A DNA stretch of 63,774 bases, counting the filler, from Octopus bimaculoides (lineage: Eukaryota), in assembly GCF_001194135.2 (NCBI RefSeq). It is 6 parts of 4 records of this genome, joined end to end, with 100 filler letters (N's around TTAATTAATTAA, not from the genome) between each part and the next. Parts side by side here need not be neighbours in the genome. Positions count along the whole stretch, not along the records: positions 19,185 to 41,242 come from NC_068987.1; 5 more parts are not named here. The stretch is one strand, 5' to 3'. Positions 23,672-35,058 of this stretch are shown here, in pieces; position 1 is the stretch's first letter, and every line of letters starts with the position of its first letter. A program made the translations under genes and the position numbers. The notes below the pieces were generated by a model. That model saw nothing but the letters and a program-made list of their open reading frames with translations. It did not search any database and was not told the DNA's origin.

Positions 23672-24354
23672 TACATACATAGGACGTGGATGATAATATT
23701 TTCAACTGAGACATTACGCCTGTATCTGATTGTTCAAGTTCTTCAGTTCTGTGTATGTATATATATTTACTCGATTGCTGATATTTATAAGTGTTTCTTT
23801 CCCCATTGTTTTGAGATACTATTTTCTATCATTAATAAACCTGTCAATATTTTTGACAATACAGACATACTAGTATCTTAGTACTTCTGCTTTTTTTATT
23901 TTTGCTGCTATTGCTGCTGCTGTTGGTGTTGTTGTTTTGCACCATGTCAGCCGTGATCTGAACATAGCAATTACCCCCACTTGTATTTGTATATCTATTA
24001 CTTCAATGACCAATATGTTCTACGTTTTTTAACGCGGTAGGGTGTAATTTGAAAGTGAAAGAGAGAGGAAGAGCGAGTTCACAGCAAGAGAGAGAGAGAG
24101 AGAGGGGGTGGAGACGTGATTATGCAATCTTGACGGTTCTAATTTCGTTGTTGTGTAGAGTTTTACTGCATTATCTATAATGTAAAAAATATTTGTAACA
24201 ATGTACCATGTTTCTCTTATCAAGATACGTTTGATATCCCTCTGTCATATACTTTATCAGTCATTTTTTTATCTGACTGACACTTTTCTTCATTTCCTCT
24301 GGATACATTGAAGTGTGTCAGGCTTTAATTGCATTATACAATATGGATTTTAGA

Positions 24355-24585
24355 GCGGCGAGCTGGCAGAATCGTCAGGACGCCGGGCGAAATGTTTAGC
24401 GGTATTTCGTCTCCCGTTACGTTCTGAGTTAAAATTCTGCAGAGGTTGACTTTGCCTTTCATCCTTTCGGGGTCGATTAAATAAGTACCAGTTACGCACT
24501 GGGGTCGATGTAATCGACTTAATCCCCTTGTCTGTGCTTGCTTGTCCCCTCTATGTTTAGCCCCCTGTGGGCAATAAAGAAATAA
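24355..24585 (+). mobile_element. SINE family A, full length, tail variant 1
   Basis: Aligns end to end with 5457-5690. Confidence 0.9.
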
Positions 24586-24739
24586 AAATTATACAATATG
24601 TAATTTGTTAACTATCGAGTTGTTTTTACATACATTGAAGCATTTCTCAGCTTCCGATTACATTAAATATGTAAACAGAACTTAAGGAGTAAGCCTAAGT
24701 TTATATCTATATTAGTAGCATTACTTTCTTCTGTATCAG

Positions 24740-24811
24740 TGGCATTAAATGTTCGTATGAAGAAAATGGAAACGATATACCATTTCCTAAGTTCAATAAC
24801 TATTCAATGCT
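24740..24811 (+). CDS. Candidate coding exon (phase 2 to 2)
   Basis: Acceptor ttactttcttctgtatcag and donor ct|gtaagc. Peptide GIKCSYEENGNDIPFPKFNNYSM. Confidence 0.45.
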
Positions 24812-24905
24812 GTAAGCGATCTTCACCCACGAAGGACGAACTTCAGGAAATTCATATGGGAACTTCTCGCATGGTATCTACCATATATATATATTCTCTC
24901 CATAG

Positions 24906-24966
24906 AATAGAACTTCTGCAAGTTACCATTCTTGCTGCTGATGAAACAACTGGGCTTTCCTTCGAA
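24906..24966 (+). CDS. Candidate coding exon (phase 2 to 0)
   Basis: Acceptor tattctctccatag and donor gaa|gtattt. Peptide IELLQVTILAADETTGLSFE, phase-compatible with the previous exon. Confidence 0.35.
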
Positions 24967-25097
24967 GTATTTGTAATCTAAAGTTCTTACTATTTTTTTT
25001 CACCCAACACAGCTATGCACACTGAATTTTCCAATGAATAAAAATTCTTTGAGATGGTAGTTGTCATATATATTAGCGACAGAAGCAGTGTTAATAC

Positions 25098-25345
25098 CGA
25101 GAGGTAATATTTATCCCCAATTAAACGTGGATGTTCTGTTAGAACAAATTATATTGTGGTAGATACCATGCGAGAAGTTCTCATATTGACTTTTGGTGCG
25201 ATATATATCGCCCCCGCTGCCGATATAAACAAGAGTGCATTTTGCACCAAAACCCAATATGAGAGTTTCTCCCATATTATCTACTTCAGCATAGTTTATT
25301 CTAACAGAACATTAACGTTTAAGTGGGGATAGATATTACCTCTCG
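25098..25345. mobile_element. Foldback MITE (about 100-bp imperfect inverted arms)
   Basis: cgagaggtaatat..ttttggtgc (25098-25199) pairs with gcaccaaaa..atattacctctcg (25244-25345). A second copy lies at 37409-37860. Confidence 0.8.
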
Positions 25346-25659
25346 ATGACTGTCATATCTTTACAAAATCCATCGATCAAATTCTGCTACATCTAAAGTG
25401 TCTACGAACTTCATACAACACGTATATGCTAGGGAAGAATTGTGTTTATATTTGCTTTTACTGATATAATGAATTTCCTGAAGGTATGTATATATATATA
25501 TATATATATATATNNNNNNNNNNNNNNNNNNNNNNNNNNNNNNNNNNNNNNNNNNNNNNNNNNNNNNNNNNNNNNNNNNNNNNNNNNNNNTATATATACA
25601 CACACACACACATGCACAAACACATGCACAGCACATATGTAACGTACATGAATATGTGT

Positions 25660-26025
25660 ATTTTTTACATTATTTACAATTGACGGATATTTGTCCTCAT
25701 CTTGTTTGTTAACACAACGTTTCGGCTGATATACCCTCCAGCCTTCACCAGGTGTCTTGGGAAAATTTCGAACCTGGGTTCTCATTCCTAAGGTATTTTT
25801 CAGTTACCTGAATATTATTATTATTAACAACAACAACAACATCGAAAATACCTTAGGAATTAGAACCCATATTCGAAATTTCACCAAGACACTTAATGAA
25901 GAAGGCTGGAGGGTATATCAGCCGAAACGTTGTGTTAACAACAAAGAAGATGAGGACAAATATCTGTCAATTGTAAATAATGTAAACAATGTACATAATT
26001 CCTCATCTCTTAAATATAGAACTGT
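25660..26025. mobile_element. Hammerhead-bearing Penelope-type element, head-to-head foldback insertion
   Basis: About 140-bp inverted arms at 25664-25800 and 25843-25985. 12-bp TSD atgaatatgtgt at 25648-25659 and 26026-26037. Both hammerhead cores are mutated. Confidence 0.85.
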
Positions 26026-26971
26026 ATGAATATGTGTGTTTAAGCATGTGTATTCACATGCGTGAGTTTTCATATATGTGTATGTATATGTGTATGCCTG
26101 TGTGTCGATCTGCGGAATTAAGCCGACACATATCAGTAAAAACTGCGACACGTGTTGCGTATGTTCCCACACTGAGTTACACTGGCGATGGAAACCTATA
26201 ACCATAACCACTATTGTTTACAAAATACATGCTATAAAAGTTACACAGCATATCAAAGCCGGTAGGTTTGAACTCGTAATTCTAGAGATGAATCTAAATA
26301 TTGCCAAAAATTCAGTCTGATGTTCTGATATTTTTAGTAACGTCAGTGCACTAAAAAAACAATAGATACACCATAAACTGCAACAACCACAACGTCAAAT
26401 ACTAAAGCAGTGACTTAATTGTACCAGTTTCACCGAGAACACAGGATACACGCTGTGTTTCAGCTCCATGTACAAAGGTTGTTGAGATCTGAAGCTTGAG
26501 TGGCAGACAGTAAGAAATTAAAATACAACTTCAGTAGCACTTCCTTAATTAATATTACACTGTTAAGTGGAAATAAGTTCCAAACTTGAAACCAACATCC
26601 TCTGTTACTCTGTTATGGTATCTGACAACTTATTGGAAGGCTATTACAAGCATCCTGGTTCTTAGCTTTCCATCCAGTCCTATGAGGCAATTAGGAAAGC
26701 TGTTCCCTGTCTATAAAAAATATTGTGTTAATCATTAAGTGTCGAGTACTGTAGAAACGAGGGGATAACATTCGAGTGAACCGAGTGACTGTGTGACCTG
26801 GTTTTTGATTTTTGAGCTGAAGGACACCATCACTTTAATGAAATCACTAAAGTTTCTGAGAAAAGCAAAGAACATCACAACAAAATTGTTTGCGTCATAT
26901 TTTTACTTGCAGAAATACAGATTTGCGGAAAAGCAGATTTCTAATACTGGCTCTAGGTCACAGTTTTACAG

Positions 26972-27084
26972 TTGACTCTTGTATTTGTAGGTATCGATCT
27001 CTGGCGGATGAAAGATATGGTCGATCTCGAAAGGAATTGGAACTCAAAACTTAAATGGCAGGAACGTGTCGGCGTCGTTATGAA
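26972..27084 (+). CDS. Candidate coding exon (phase 0 to 2)
   Basis: Acceptor cagttttacag and donor aa|gtacgc. Peptide LTLVFVGIDLWRMKDMVDLERNWNSKLKWQERVGVVM. Confidence 0.4.
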
Positions 27085-27339
27085 GTACGCTTCGCAAGCA
27101 CGTGGTTCAAAGTGCAATTCCAGTGTGCAGCATCTTGAGCACATTTCTTCTATTATATTAAAACGAAGATGATAAATAAGGAAAATGTGAAAATGATATA
27201 CGACTTGAGATGAAATGAACTGGTAAGCGACGATTTATTCTCCGTTAAAAAATACAATGATTACCATACAAGAAATAAAATAAAATAACAGGTTACAACA
27301 AAGATGTGTGAAAGACTCTACCAGCTCGCCGCCTCAAGA

Positions 27340-27578
27340 TGAATGATATGATAATGACATGATTGATGATGATCGTGGTGATGATCATGAGGATGACAAC
27401 AACGACAACGATGATGACATGATGACATGATAATGATGATGATGATGATGATGATGATGGTGGTGTGAATGGTGACGATGCAATGGCGACTACGATGATG
27501 ATGAGGATGTTGACGTCGACGACAACAACGACGATGATGACTGCGATGATAATGACGATGATAATGATGATGATGATA

Positions 27579-27612
<34 letters not shown>

Positions 27613-27660
27613 GGATGATGACGACGACGAATTCGATGATGATGACGAGATGATGATGGA
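27340..27660. repeat. Compound (GAT)n/(GAC)n microsatellite
   Basis: Directly visible trinucleotide array. Confidence 0.95.
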
Positions 27661-27784
27661 TCCTATGTCCCTTTCAACGATGACTATTCCATTTGTTCCA
27701 TTCGTTGTACTACTTACACATTGATTTTATAGCGTAAGTGGCTGAGTGCATCACGGACGCATGTATCTTTCATGTACTTCTCAG

Positions 27785-27836
27785 GCTTAATCAGCATTAC
27801 ACAATGTACGACAAAGTTGGCTCGCTCGAATTCCAG
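27785..27836 (+). CDS. Candidate coding exon (phase 2 to 0)
   Basis: Acceptor tttcatgtacttctcag and donor cag|gtagaa. Peptide LNQHYTMYDKVGSLEFQ, phase-compatible with the previous exon. Confidence 0.4.
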
Positions 27837-28039
27837 GTAGAATCTACCCGACGGAATTACCACATAGCTTCAGTTTACCCAGTTTCATTCAAAAAGCTTA
27901 GAACATCACGAGACCATGGTAAGAGACATTGGCTCCAGATACCATGCAATGAGAGCGAACCCGGGATTTCATGATCGTAGTGCAAAAGTCTTAAACTACT
28001 CAACCAAATTAGTGGCGAGCAGATACTTTCGTTACTAGT

Positions 28040-28435
28040 GAAGGCGGGTGGCCAGGTGGTTAAGGTGTTGCACTCAAGATCGGGGTTTCGATTCCTAGCC
28101 TGCAGGAAAGTTGTGTTTTTTTTAGCAACCCCATTTCACGTTGCTTCAGTCAGATCAGCTGTAAATTGAATAACCCTGCGAAAGCTACAACAATGCGAGG
28201 AAGCGCATTGTGACCAGCAATGCACAATAACATTTAATAGTCTGATCGATACGGTGATATGAATTATTTACCGATAATATATTTTACTGTATTTAATTCG
28301 ATTAATCGTTAAAGAAAATAGAAGACGTGCATGGGGAACCCTGCGACAATCTGGCGTTATGTTCAGTGAGAATGTTGGCCTGCCCGCCTAGCCAGCACAG
28401 TGGCATCATCATTCGAAAGCTACAACAATGCGATT
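28040..28435 (+). mobile_element. Degenerate Meta-like SINE with a duplicated internal fragment
   Basis: gtggccaggtggttaagg..ggtttcgattcc head, atttcacgttgcttcagtcagatcagctgtaaat, and cgaaagctacaacaatgcga present twice. Confidence 0.6.
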
Positions 28436-28469
28436 CGATTAATCGTTAAATAAAACAGAGGACGTGTAT

Positions 28470-28660
28470 CTAATTGTGTATGAGTGCTATAAAATTTTTA
28501 AGATGACTCTACAAAAATCAAACAATACCCATGGAAACTGCCTTACAAATTCTATCAAAATGTGCGAGCTGTGGTTGTGACCTTTTTGTGTGCACAATTT
28601 GTGACAGACCATGCCTTTCTTTTGCTGGGCTCAAATCTCATTTGCGTTATTCCCATTCAT
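28470..28660 (+). mobile_element. BovB/RTE-like LINE 3' end relic with C2H2-like motif
   Basis: FVCTICDRPCLSFAGLKSHLR resembles the terminal zinc finger of BovB-type ORFs. It is isolated, with no flanking array or splice support. Confidence 0.5.
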
Positions 28661-29977
28661 CTGTCACACTATATTTCTCCACTCTTAATTTTCTGTTAAT
28701 TTCTTTCTTTCTGTTCCTTCTCTTTCTCTAAATTGCCTTTGACGTTAAATCTATAAACGGTTTCTTAAAAAAATAACTTGCCAGCATTCCCATTCATCCT
28801 ATACACGGTAATCACATTCGGTTAAAATGGTTTATTGATGTGTTTTGTTTCTCTTTTTTTTTCTCTGTCGAGAAGATTGCATTGTTTTACATCATTTTGT
28901 TCCCTCCGGAATAATATCAATGTTTTCTTCGAAACATATGTCGGAAGTATAACGATTTGAATGACACCTGCATTTAACTCCATTTCTTAATTATATATAT
29001 ATATATATATATATNNNNNNNNNNNNNNNNNNNNNNNNNNNNNNNNNNNNNNNNNNNNNNNNNNNNNNNNNNNNNNNNNNNNNNNNNNNNNNNNNNNNNN
29101 NNNNNNNNNNNNNNNNNNNNNNNNNNNNNNNNNNNNNNNNNNNNNNNNNNNNNNNNNNNNNNNNNNNNNNNNNNNNNNNNNNNNNNNNNNNNNNNNNNNN
29201 NNNNNNNNNNNNNNNNNNNNNNNNNNNNNNNNNNNNNNNNNNNNNNNNNNNNNNNNNNNNNNNNNTATTTATAATAGTGTTGTCTGTGGACCAAGGAGAA
29301 GGTGGTGTACTTGATTAAATGTATCTCTGTAAATTTCAGACGATACTTATTATTTCTTTTTATTAACCCTGAAAAGATAGATAAAGTAAAAAAAAAAAAC
29401 ACTGGAGACACAAGTCGAACACCTCAGGGCGAAGCTAAATACCATTTTAATATCTAATCTCTCTAATCAAGCATTTGCAAGTTCTGTCTTTAACCAAAGC
29501 AGCACAACAAGAATTCGGACGTACATCCATCAAAATAATCATAATTGAACGAGGAAGTGGTTGTCATTGAATTTGATAGACAACTTCAAGATAAGGAGAG
29601 AAAAAATTTTGTAAATTTGTGAAATATTTTATAATATTTTATATCCATAGAGAGACAAAGCTCATACGAACCTCACCATTCGATAAATAGAGGTTGAGAA
29701 AATATGTATTAAATAAAGTTTTGGATTTAGTATAATCAACTAAAATCTCAGAGAAGACAGTGCCTTAGCATGACCGTATTCTAACGACTAAAATCAAGAA
29801 AAGAATACGAAACGTAGACTGACTACGCAGATTAGGACAATTAAAATTCCCACCAGAGAGCATTTTAATTATACTTGCTCGTGTTACTCATATCTATGAT
29901 AATTACCTTAACATTTCATCATTACAACTATAACTGATAATTATGGCTGTGATGATGAAATGTGAAGACAGAATACA

Positions 29978-30146
29978 GTGGATTAACTTGACCCCTTGTG
30001 GTTATATTTATCATATTACTGCTCATGAAAAGATGAAAAAGCAAGGTTGTTCTCGGCAGGATTTGAACTCAGAACACAAAGAGATATCAATGAATACAGC
30101 AAAATAATTTAACCAGTCCCTGTAATGCTTCTGTCACAGACCGCTC
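29978..30146 (-). mobile_element. Highly degenerate SINE family A
   Basis: gaaaagatgaaaaagcaaggttgttctcggcaggatttgaactcagaac. Confidence 0.6.
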
Positions 30147-30519
30147 ACATAACCATATAGAAAAAACTTCTCAGCTAGCACGAGGGTGTGCTAATTGGCA
30201 TATTCGTGATAATTGGAAAATCCGTTCAGAAATAACTAATTAATGTTTTAAGTTGATGCGGCACTAAGCCCGTGAAATTATAAACATTCAAAGTGGAATG
30301 TTAACATACTTTTATACTGTCTACTTTTTTTGAATTTTCTGTACTCGTTAAACAATATTATAGTGTCATTTGAAACAATGTCATTTATCTTATAAGCGAT
30401 CTTAAAATTTACCCTATAATCTTCAGCTTAAACCGTTTCCGTATTCACAAAAAACAATTCAGGGATATTCTGTACAAGAAAACCAGAACATTTAATTATA
30501 AAGATCACTTCAATATTTG

Positions 30520-31045
30520 AGGCAGGCGTGGTTGTCTTGTTGAGCACTCGCTGTCCAACCACGTGGTTCTGCAGTAGGTTCTGCAGTGGGTTCTGCATCG
30601 GGCCTACTAAAGCCTTGTGAGTGGATTTGGTAGATAAAAACTGGAAGAAGCCCGTCGCGCGCTCGCGTGTGTGTGTATGTATATGTATATATGTATATAC
30701 GTATGCATTTATATGTGTATATCTGTATGCGTATGTATGTATACGGGTGTATGTATGTATACGGGTGTATGTATGTATACGGGTGTATGTATGTATACGG
30801 GTGTATGTATGTGTGTATTTGTGTATTTATGTGTAAGTGCGTGTGTGTCTGTGTTTATATTGTGCCCACCACTACCGCTCGACAAGTGATGTTGGTTTGT
30901 TTACGTGCCCGTAATTTAGCGGTTCATCAAAAGTGAGAGACAATAAGTACCAGCCTTAAAAAAATAAATGTACTAGGGTCGATTTGTTTGACTAAACCCT
31001 TCAAGGTGGTGTCCCAACACATGAATAAAACAAGTAAATGATAAA
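30520..31045 (+). mobile_element. Degenerate SINE family B with an internal 18-bp tandem (atgtatgtatacgggtgt)x4
   Basis: aaagccttgtgagtggatttggtag..aagaagcccgtcg, the expanded internal microsatellite, and the 3' half. Confidence 0.75.
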
Positions 31046-31197
31046 AAAAAATTTCATGGTAGAATACTGTTGCAAATTATTTGTATTACAGGATCAAATA
31101 TCAACACATATGAAAAGATATAAATACATCATTGATAATACCGTAACATTACGGTGACATACTTTTCAATCCCTGTTTTCTCTTGTTTTATTCCGAG

Positions 31198-31264
31198 GTC
31201 TCCGTATTTTTCGGGAGATTGTGGATCTGCACCACGAAAATTCCTATCTAAGGCGCACATCTGG
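31198..31264 (+). CDS. Candidate exon, reading frame ambiguous
   Basis: Long pyrimidine tract before gag and strong donor tgg|gtaagc. Two open frames: LRIFREIVDLHHENSYLRRTS or SPYFSGDCGSAPRKFLSKAHIW. Confidence 0.3.
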
Positions 31265-31349
31265 GTAAGCTTTTTTTGTTGTGGAATAATAACAATCACC
31301 TATACATGCAAATCTCCACTCTCGGCGAGATCTCATACGGATGTATGGC

Positions 31350-32830
31350 GAAAGTATCAAGGGCACACAAGAACTGCCCCACTGGTTATCAATTGCAACT
31401 ACTCTTTTCATTTCCTAAAATAGTTAAACCACCCTTGCTAAAAATTACTGCCCAATAGCCAACCAGAACATCATGTACAAATTATACATTGGGTGTCTCA
31501 ATCTGTTCTTGCAAGATCATTGTGCCACCAAAAACAACATCATAACACCTGAGAAAGCTGGAGGAAAGAAGAAGGTGTGGGGGCTGTATACAGCTGCTAC
31601 TAATTAACAAAATGATCCAAGAAACAGTAAGATATCTCAGTAACTTAAATGAAGTGTGACTGGACTACCAGAAGGCTTTTGATAGCATAATCCATGGGTG
31701 GATTATCAAGGTTTTTACAGTTAGCCAGTCTCACAACCACTAGTGAGTGCTAGGAACATCTGACCAAGGCTTGGCACACCTCTTTGCTCCTTAGGAGTGA
31801 TGAGGAACAAATTGAGATAGCATTCACTACCAAAAAGATATCTTTCAGGGTTATATTCTGTCGGTGTTGCTCTTTGTCCTCTCATTAAACCCACAACCAT
31901 ACCTGTTTACATTAAAATGAACCCAGAGGTGCTTCCCATCTTTTCTTTGTCGACAACCTGAAACTGTATGGGCCAAATATCGACCGCATAAAAAATCAAT
32001 TTGACGTCATAGCCGAATTTTCTAGACATTGGAATGGAATTCGGTGAGTTCGAATGTGCATTGCTGACAATAAAACGTGGAAACGTTACGCTCTCCGAAT
32101 ACTTGAAAATAAACGGTTTGACAATACAACCTCTTGTCAGGTGACAATTATAGGTATCTTGGACAAGATGAGAATGTCAGATATGATGGACCCATAAATG
32201 AGGACAAGACCAGAAATGAATACCTCAGAAGAGTAAAGAGAGTATGGCAATCAGAACTCTCAGCTTACGAGCATATTTCCCGCAATACCTTCGCAGTGCC
32301 TGTATTCATGCCTAGATTTGGCTTTCTTAATTGGTCACTATAAGAACTCAATGAGATAGAAGTTCGAACTCGCAAGCTTCTCAGTGTTACAGAAAACATC
32401 AACATTAATGGAGATGTAGATAGGCTATACTTCCCAAGCAAGGATGGTAGTCGTGGTCTCAAATCTATATTGATGTCATATGAAGCACATATTGTAACAC
32501 TGAATCAACATTTGCAGCAAAGGACAGAGTTCAGTAACTTTCTTGCCCAAGTTTGTGAGCGTGAAATCAACATCATAATTAGGATAGCTAATGAACTTGA
32601 AGAGGCGTATGGAATAAGAGCTGATACAGACGTCTCCTCGAGAAGCATTAGTAAAATCTGTTTATCAGAAAAACAGAATTAAAAGAAATGGACCGGTTCG
32701 CTGAAAAAGTAGTACATGGGTACTTTGTACGTAAAACACAAAACATAGAAGGGAGTGATCATGTCAAACGCTTGGCATGGAATCTTTATAAATATATGAC
32801 ATTCCACTTTGAAAGCTACCCCCATGCAGG
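31350..32830 (+). pseudogene. Decayed R4/Dong-clade non-LTR retrotransposon reverse transcriptase
   Basis: Fragments include ELPHWL, KNYCPIA..MYKLY, NNIITPEKAGGKK, LDYQKAFDS..HGWI, IFQG..LS.LLF..LNP, FVDNLKLY, YRYLGQDEN..EYLRRVKRVWQSELS, DVDRLYFPSKDGSRGLKS and VHGYF. Many frameshifts and stops. Confidence 0.85.
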
Positions 32831-33060
32831 GTAGCTTGGTATGTCCGATCCTTTATTACAAATAGCTGTTACATGGTAGCAGGGCGTGCTAGAAATAGCA
32901 GCCAAATCTTTGGAAGTGAGATAACGTTGAATGCCCCGAACAAAAAAATAAGGAAAAAAACTATTTCAAACCGAGGTCACGAAGCTCATGATATGTATGT
33001 ACGTATGTATGTATGTATGTACGTATGCATATGTGTACATGCGTATACGCATGTATGTAT

Positions 33061-33229
33061 ACTCTTTTACGCGTTTCAGTCATTTGACTGCGGCCATGCT
33101 GGAGCACCGCCTTTAGTCGAGCAAATCGACCCCAGGACTTATTCTTTGGAAGCCTAGTACTTATTCTATCGGTCTCTTTTGCCGAACCGCTAAGTTATGC
33201 GGGACGTAAACACACCACCATCGTTTGTC
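33061..33229 (-). mobile_element. SINE family B 3' half, running into a gap
   Basis: Near-identical reverse complement of 63590-63740. Confidence 0.9.
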
Positions 33230-34175
33230 NNNNNNNNNNNNNNNNNNNNNNNNNNNNNNNNNNNNNNNNNNNNNNNNNNNNNNNNNNNNNNNNNNNNNNN
33301 NNNNNNNNNNNNNNNNNNNNNNNNNNNNNNNNNNNNNNNNNNNNNNNNNNNNNNNNNNNNNNNNNNNNNNNNNNNNNNNNNNNNNNNNNNNNNNNNNNNN
33401 NNNNNNNNNNNNNNNNNNNNNNNNNNNNNNNNNNNNNNNNNNNNNNNNNNNNNNNNNNNNNNNNNNNNNNNNNNNNNNNNNNNNNNNNNNNNNNNNNNNN
33501 NNNNNNNNNNNNNNNNNNNNNNNNNNNNNNNNNNNNNNNNNNNNNNNNNNNNNNNNNNNNNNNNNNNNNNNNNNNNNNNNNNNNNNNNNNNNNNNNNNNN
33601 NNNNNNNNNNNNNNNNNNNNNNNNNNNNNNNNNNNNNNNNNNNNNNNNNNNNNNNNNNNNNNNNNNNNNNNNNNNNNNNNNNNNNNNNNNNNNNNNNNNN
33701 NNNNNNNNNNNNNNNNNNNNNNNNNNNNNNNNNNNNNNNNNNNNNNNNNNNNNNNNNNNNNNNNNNNNNNNNNNNNNNNNNNNNNNNNNNNNNNNNNNNN
33801 NNNNNNNNNNNNNNNNNNNNNNNNNNNNNNNNNNNNNNNNNNNNNNNNNNNNNNNNNNNNNNNNNNNNNNNNNNNNNNNNNNNNNNNNNNNNNNNNNNNN
33901 NNNNNNNNNNNNNNNNNNNNNNNNNNNNNNNNNNNNNNNNNNNNNNNNNNNNNNNNNNNNNNNNNNNNNNNNNNNNNNNNNNNNNNNNNNNNNNNNNNNN
34001 NNNNNNNNNNNNNNNNNNNNNNNNNNNNNNNNNNNNNNNNNNNNNNNNNNNNNNNNNNNNNNNNNNNNNNNNNNNNNNNNNNNNNNNNNNNNNNNNNNNN
34101 NNNNNNNNNNNNNNNNNNNNNNNNNNNNNNNNNNNNNNNNNNNNNNNNNNNNNNNTGTGTGTATACTTATGGATA

Positions 34176-34340
34176 CATTATTTACATTATCTACATTTGA
34201 CGGATATTCGTCCTCATCTTGTTTGTTGTTAACACAACGTTTCGGCTGATATACCCTCCAGCCTTCGTCAGGTGTCTTGGGGAAATTTCGAACCTGGGTT
34301 CTCATTCCTATCGATGTTACTATTATTATTATTATTATTA

Positions 34341-34372
<32 letters not shown>

Positions 34373-34500
34373 TCGCTGCCGTGAATCGAACTCGGAACCT
34401 TGGGGTTAGTAGCCCGCGCTCTTAACCACTACGCCATATGCGTCAAATGTAGATAATGTAAATAATGTAAATAATTCCTCATCTCTTAAATATAGAACTG
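34176..34500 (-). mobile_element. tRNA-headed short element with a hammerhead ribozyme and an inverted copy of its 3' terminus
   Basis: Minus strand: tRNA-like head 34441-34369 (A box TGGCGTAGTGG, B box GAGTTCGATTC), (ATA)n, hammerhead 34276-34231, then tail. The inverted tail end sits at 34442-34500. 12-bp TSD tacttatggata at 34164-34175 and 34501-34512. Confidence 0.85.
34231..34276 (-). ncRNA. Minimal type I hammerhead ribozyme (Penelope-like, palindromic stem III)
   Basis: GACAC-CUGACGA-A-GGCUG[gaggguauau]CAGCC-GAAA-CGUU-GUGUU: 5-bp stem I (one G.U), intact CUGANGA and GAAA core, 5-bp stem II, and self-complementary AACGUU stem III. Confidence 0.75.
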
Positions 34501-35058
34501 TACTTATGGATAGATAGATAAACCTGAATTCCCAATCACTAATTTTGTTAGTTGAATTATCAAACGTTGATGGCCGAGATCTACGCATCTTAGTGTTGGC
34601 GAGTCGTACAATAACTGATTGATGGGGCGGGGTTGCGACAATTATACATGACAAGTACAGAATGACTTTTTAATACCGAACCTCCTACACATGTTTTTAT
34701 GAAAGGGGTATTAAAAAGGAATCATATCCATGTCATACGTAATTTTTACCTAATCTCACCCAGCTCTTATAAGAATCATTGACACCAGGATATGGTGTGG
34801 GTCTTGACAATGAACATTTGATTGTTCAACTAACTGAACCCCTGCACGTAAAATTAACGTATAAACAGCTAGATATTCCACAGTCAGCTGTGCATTAAAC
34901 GCAATTCTCGGGTCAAATCAGCGTCTCACATTATGATCAGAAATGAGCCTTTGAATTACAAATACAATCTAATATTAATGATTTGTAAAGACATCGTATT
35001 TCTTTATGCAACAATAGTATACCACAAAGTATATTAAACGTTTTTATAAGTCAACCCT

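Noticed and set aside
24920-24955. ILAADETTG resembles the aldolase motif ILAADESTG
   Set aside because: Neighbouring residues and other candidate exons show no aldolase similarity, so it is treated as coincidence.
24935-24970. CTGATGA as another hammerhead core
   Set aside because: No stem II followed by GAAA.
27465-27653. Poly-Met, poly-Asp or poly-His ORFs (also 48546-48880)
   Set aside because: These are translations of (GAT)n microsatellites.
28531-28731. C2H2 zinc-finger gene (octopus expansion)
   Set aside because: A single finger without linker or array, better explained as a BovB-like LINE terminus.
31092-31153. Additional exon DQISTHMKRYKYIIDNTVTL
   Set aside because: It requires a 44-nt intron to keep the frame with 31198, which is implausibly short without RNA evidence.
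34369-34441. Functional tRNA gene
   Set aside because: A and B boxes are present, but there is no proper acceptor stem. It is a SINE head.
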